Shown piece by piece: positions 61,840 through 64,000 of a stretch of DNA of 64,000 bases. Position numbers and translations under genes: made by a program. The number at the start of each line of letters is the position of its first letter. Position 1 is the first letter of the stretch. Where the stretch lies: assembly GCF_006345805.1 (NCBI RefSeq), contig NC_043017.1, positions 22,816,001 to 22,880,000 of the forward strand, given 5' to 3'. The notes under the pieces were generated by a model. It had not been told where the DNA came from, made no database searches, and saw nothing but the letters and a program-made list of their open reading frames with translations. The DNA is from Octopus sinensis (taxonomy: Eukaryota).

Positions 61840-62436
61840 GTACACACCTCTTAATATAATACTTAAGCTTTACTAATTAATGTTGTTAATGAACATTTGT
61901 CAGAATTGTGTTTTGTGAAAGCACACTAAAATTCTATGCGTGATTGTTAGTTGGTGTCAGACATAAAAATTAAGTAATTAAACAACACAAACGAAAGTAT
62001 GGAAATGTTATGTTGTGAATATTGAGATTCAGATCGTAAATATCGTTTCAAATTTGATGATGATCAGGGATTCAGATAGACAGAAGCAGCAGTCCTTCAT
62101 TCAATTCCATCCATTCAATGTTATTTATTGCAAATTAAATTGATATTTATCAGAAATAACCAATATGTGTAAAATAAAACTGGTTTATCTGTGATTAACA
62201 TTTTACATAATAAGCATTTTTATTAATTATTCTTATATTATTTTGATTATATTATTCTTTGACTGGTTTCGCTCATTGGATTGTGGCCATTCTGGGGCAC
62301 TATTTTCGTTGGTTTTAGTTCATGATATTGATTTCAAATTTTGACACAAGGCCAGCATTGACTCTAGTGTTCAGCTGGTGCTGATTTTATTGAACTTGAA
62401 AAGGATAAAAAGCAAAATCAACCCCAGCAGAACCTC

Positions 62437-62808
62437 AATCATTTGACTGCGGCCATGCTGGAGCACCGCCTTTAATCGAGCAACTCGACCCCGGGACTTA
62501 TTCTTTTGTAAGCCCAGTACTTATTATATCGGTCTCTTTTGCCAAACCGCTAGGTAACGGGGACATAAACACACCAGCATCGGTTGTCAAGCAATGCTAG
62601 GGGGACAAACACAGACACACACATACATACATATACATATATACGACAGGCTTCTTTCAGTTTCCGTCTACCAAATCCACTCACAAGGCTTTGGTCGGCC
62701 CGGGGCTATAGCAGAAGACACTTGCCCAAGATGCCACGCAGTGGGACTGAACCCGGAACCACGTGGTTGGTTAGCAAGCTACTTACCACACAGCCACTCC
62801 TGCGCCTA
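62437..62808 (-). mobile_element. Full-length family A SINE, young
   Basis: Near-identical to 61261-61640. Confidence 0.9.
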
Positions 62809-63199
62809 TATATTTTTTTTGTACATGTGTATGTGCATGTACACCAGCGTAAAGGTAAGCAAGTGTGCATTTGATCGGCAGTATTCCAGCAAGAATAGTT
62901 TTTTTGTTCGTTGCATTGAATCAACAAGAAAGCCAGAGTTGAGTTAGTTGATCTGACATCATATAATGGTATTGAGAGATTCCATGAACAACATTGGCAA
63001 TGCTTCCCTTAGCAGAAACTGCAGATAGACAGATAAGTATAATAACAAATAGGCAACGCTTTACAAAGGAATATCTTTTAGATCTACATATTATTTTTTA
63101 ATTCAATCTTCTTTCTAATTGTGCCTACATCAAAGAATTACTTCAAAGCAAAACATTTCAGTGTTTAATAAGGGAAATTGTGTATATGTAAATAGTAAT

Positions 63200-63384
63200 A
63201 TGTATGTGCATTGCTGTATGTATGTGTGTAGGTATGTATGTATGTAAGTATGTGTGTGTGTGTATGAATGAATCTTGACACGTGTGTATATAAATGTTTG
63301 AATCTTTGTTAATATACATGTATGTATGTTTGTAAATGAAAATATATGAATGTATGTAAATATATATATATGGGTGTGTGTGTG

Positions 63385-63419
<35 letters not shown>

Positions 63420-63760
63420 ATATATATATGTATATATATATGTGTGTGTATATATATATGTATATATATGTATATATATGTGTGTATATATATGTATATA
63501 TATATATGTGTGTGTATATATATGTGTGTGTGTATATATATGTGTGTGTGTATATATATGTATATATATATATGTGTGTGTATATATATGTATATATATA
63601 TATGTGTGTGTATATATATTGTGTATATATATGTATATATATATGTATATATATATATGTATGTATATGTATATATATATATGTATGTATATATAAATGT
63701 ATATATATATATATATGTGTGTGTAAAGATGTATATATAATATGTCTATATGCAATTATA
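63200..63760. repeat. (TA)n/(TG)n compound microsatellite
   Basis: Directly visible; source of the YI/CV-repeat ORFs. Confidence 0.95.
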
Positions 63761-64000
63761 AATGTACGCATGTTTGTATGTTCCTTCTTTTTTTTTTTAC
63801 ATCTGTTTTTCTATGTTGACATTGGTGGAATGGATACATACTGCTGAGGCATTATTTTACTGCCAGATGCCCTTCCTGTTTTTTACTTTCAAAGTTCTAT
63901 TGGTACAGAAGAAATTTTTTTTTATATTTCATTAATCTTCGAAATCACAAAACTAACAAATAATTTGCTGACAAGAAAATCCAACAAACATCACCGTTTT

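Noticed and set aside
58622-63847. Long YI/CV/HT-repeat ORFs (58622-59114, 63130-63847; also 20450-20840, 50377, 51499)
   Set aside because: Open only because TA/TG/AAT microsatellites lack stop codons.
1-64000. Conserved bilaterian or molluscan miRNAs, rRNA, snRNA
   Set aside because: No match noticed by eye to mature sequences I recall (let-7, miR-1, -2, -7, -8, -9, -10, -34, -71, -92, -100, -124, -125, -184, bantam and others); a MirMachine/Infernal scan would be needed to exclude them formally.

Overview
AT-rich, microsatellite-dense eukaryotic DNA. The repeat families match my recollection of Octopus (coleoid cephalopod) genomes; the species cannot be fixed from sequence alone. I found no complete, nameable protein-coding gene. 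A large part of the window is nested transposon debris: (1) several tRNA-derived SINE families in many copies; (2) LINE remnants of the RTE, CR1-group, Ingi-like and L1/Tx1 types, including a ~2.8 kb 5'-truncated, frameshifted CR1-group ORF2 at 47.6-50.4 kb; (3) Tc1 and hAT transposase relics; (4) piggyBac-, mariner- and Mutator-like MITEs; (5) two Helitron-like non-autonomous elements. Three unrelated Penelope-type short elements carry minimal type I hammerhead ribozyme folds. One of these is fused to a tRNA-like Pol III head and sits as a head-to-head inverted dimer (13.5-14.0 kb). A CpG-retaining domain at about 37-46 kb holds a housekeeping-type promoter motif cluster. Several short minus-strand ATG-to-donor segments all end in phase 0, which could indicate a long multi-promoter gene whose shared exons lie left of the window; this is a hypothesis. 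Most ORFs in the supplied track are SINE or microsatellite artefacts. Repeat boundaries are approximate unless a TSD or TIR is quoted.
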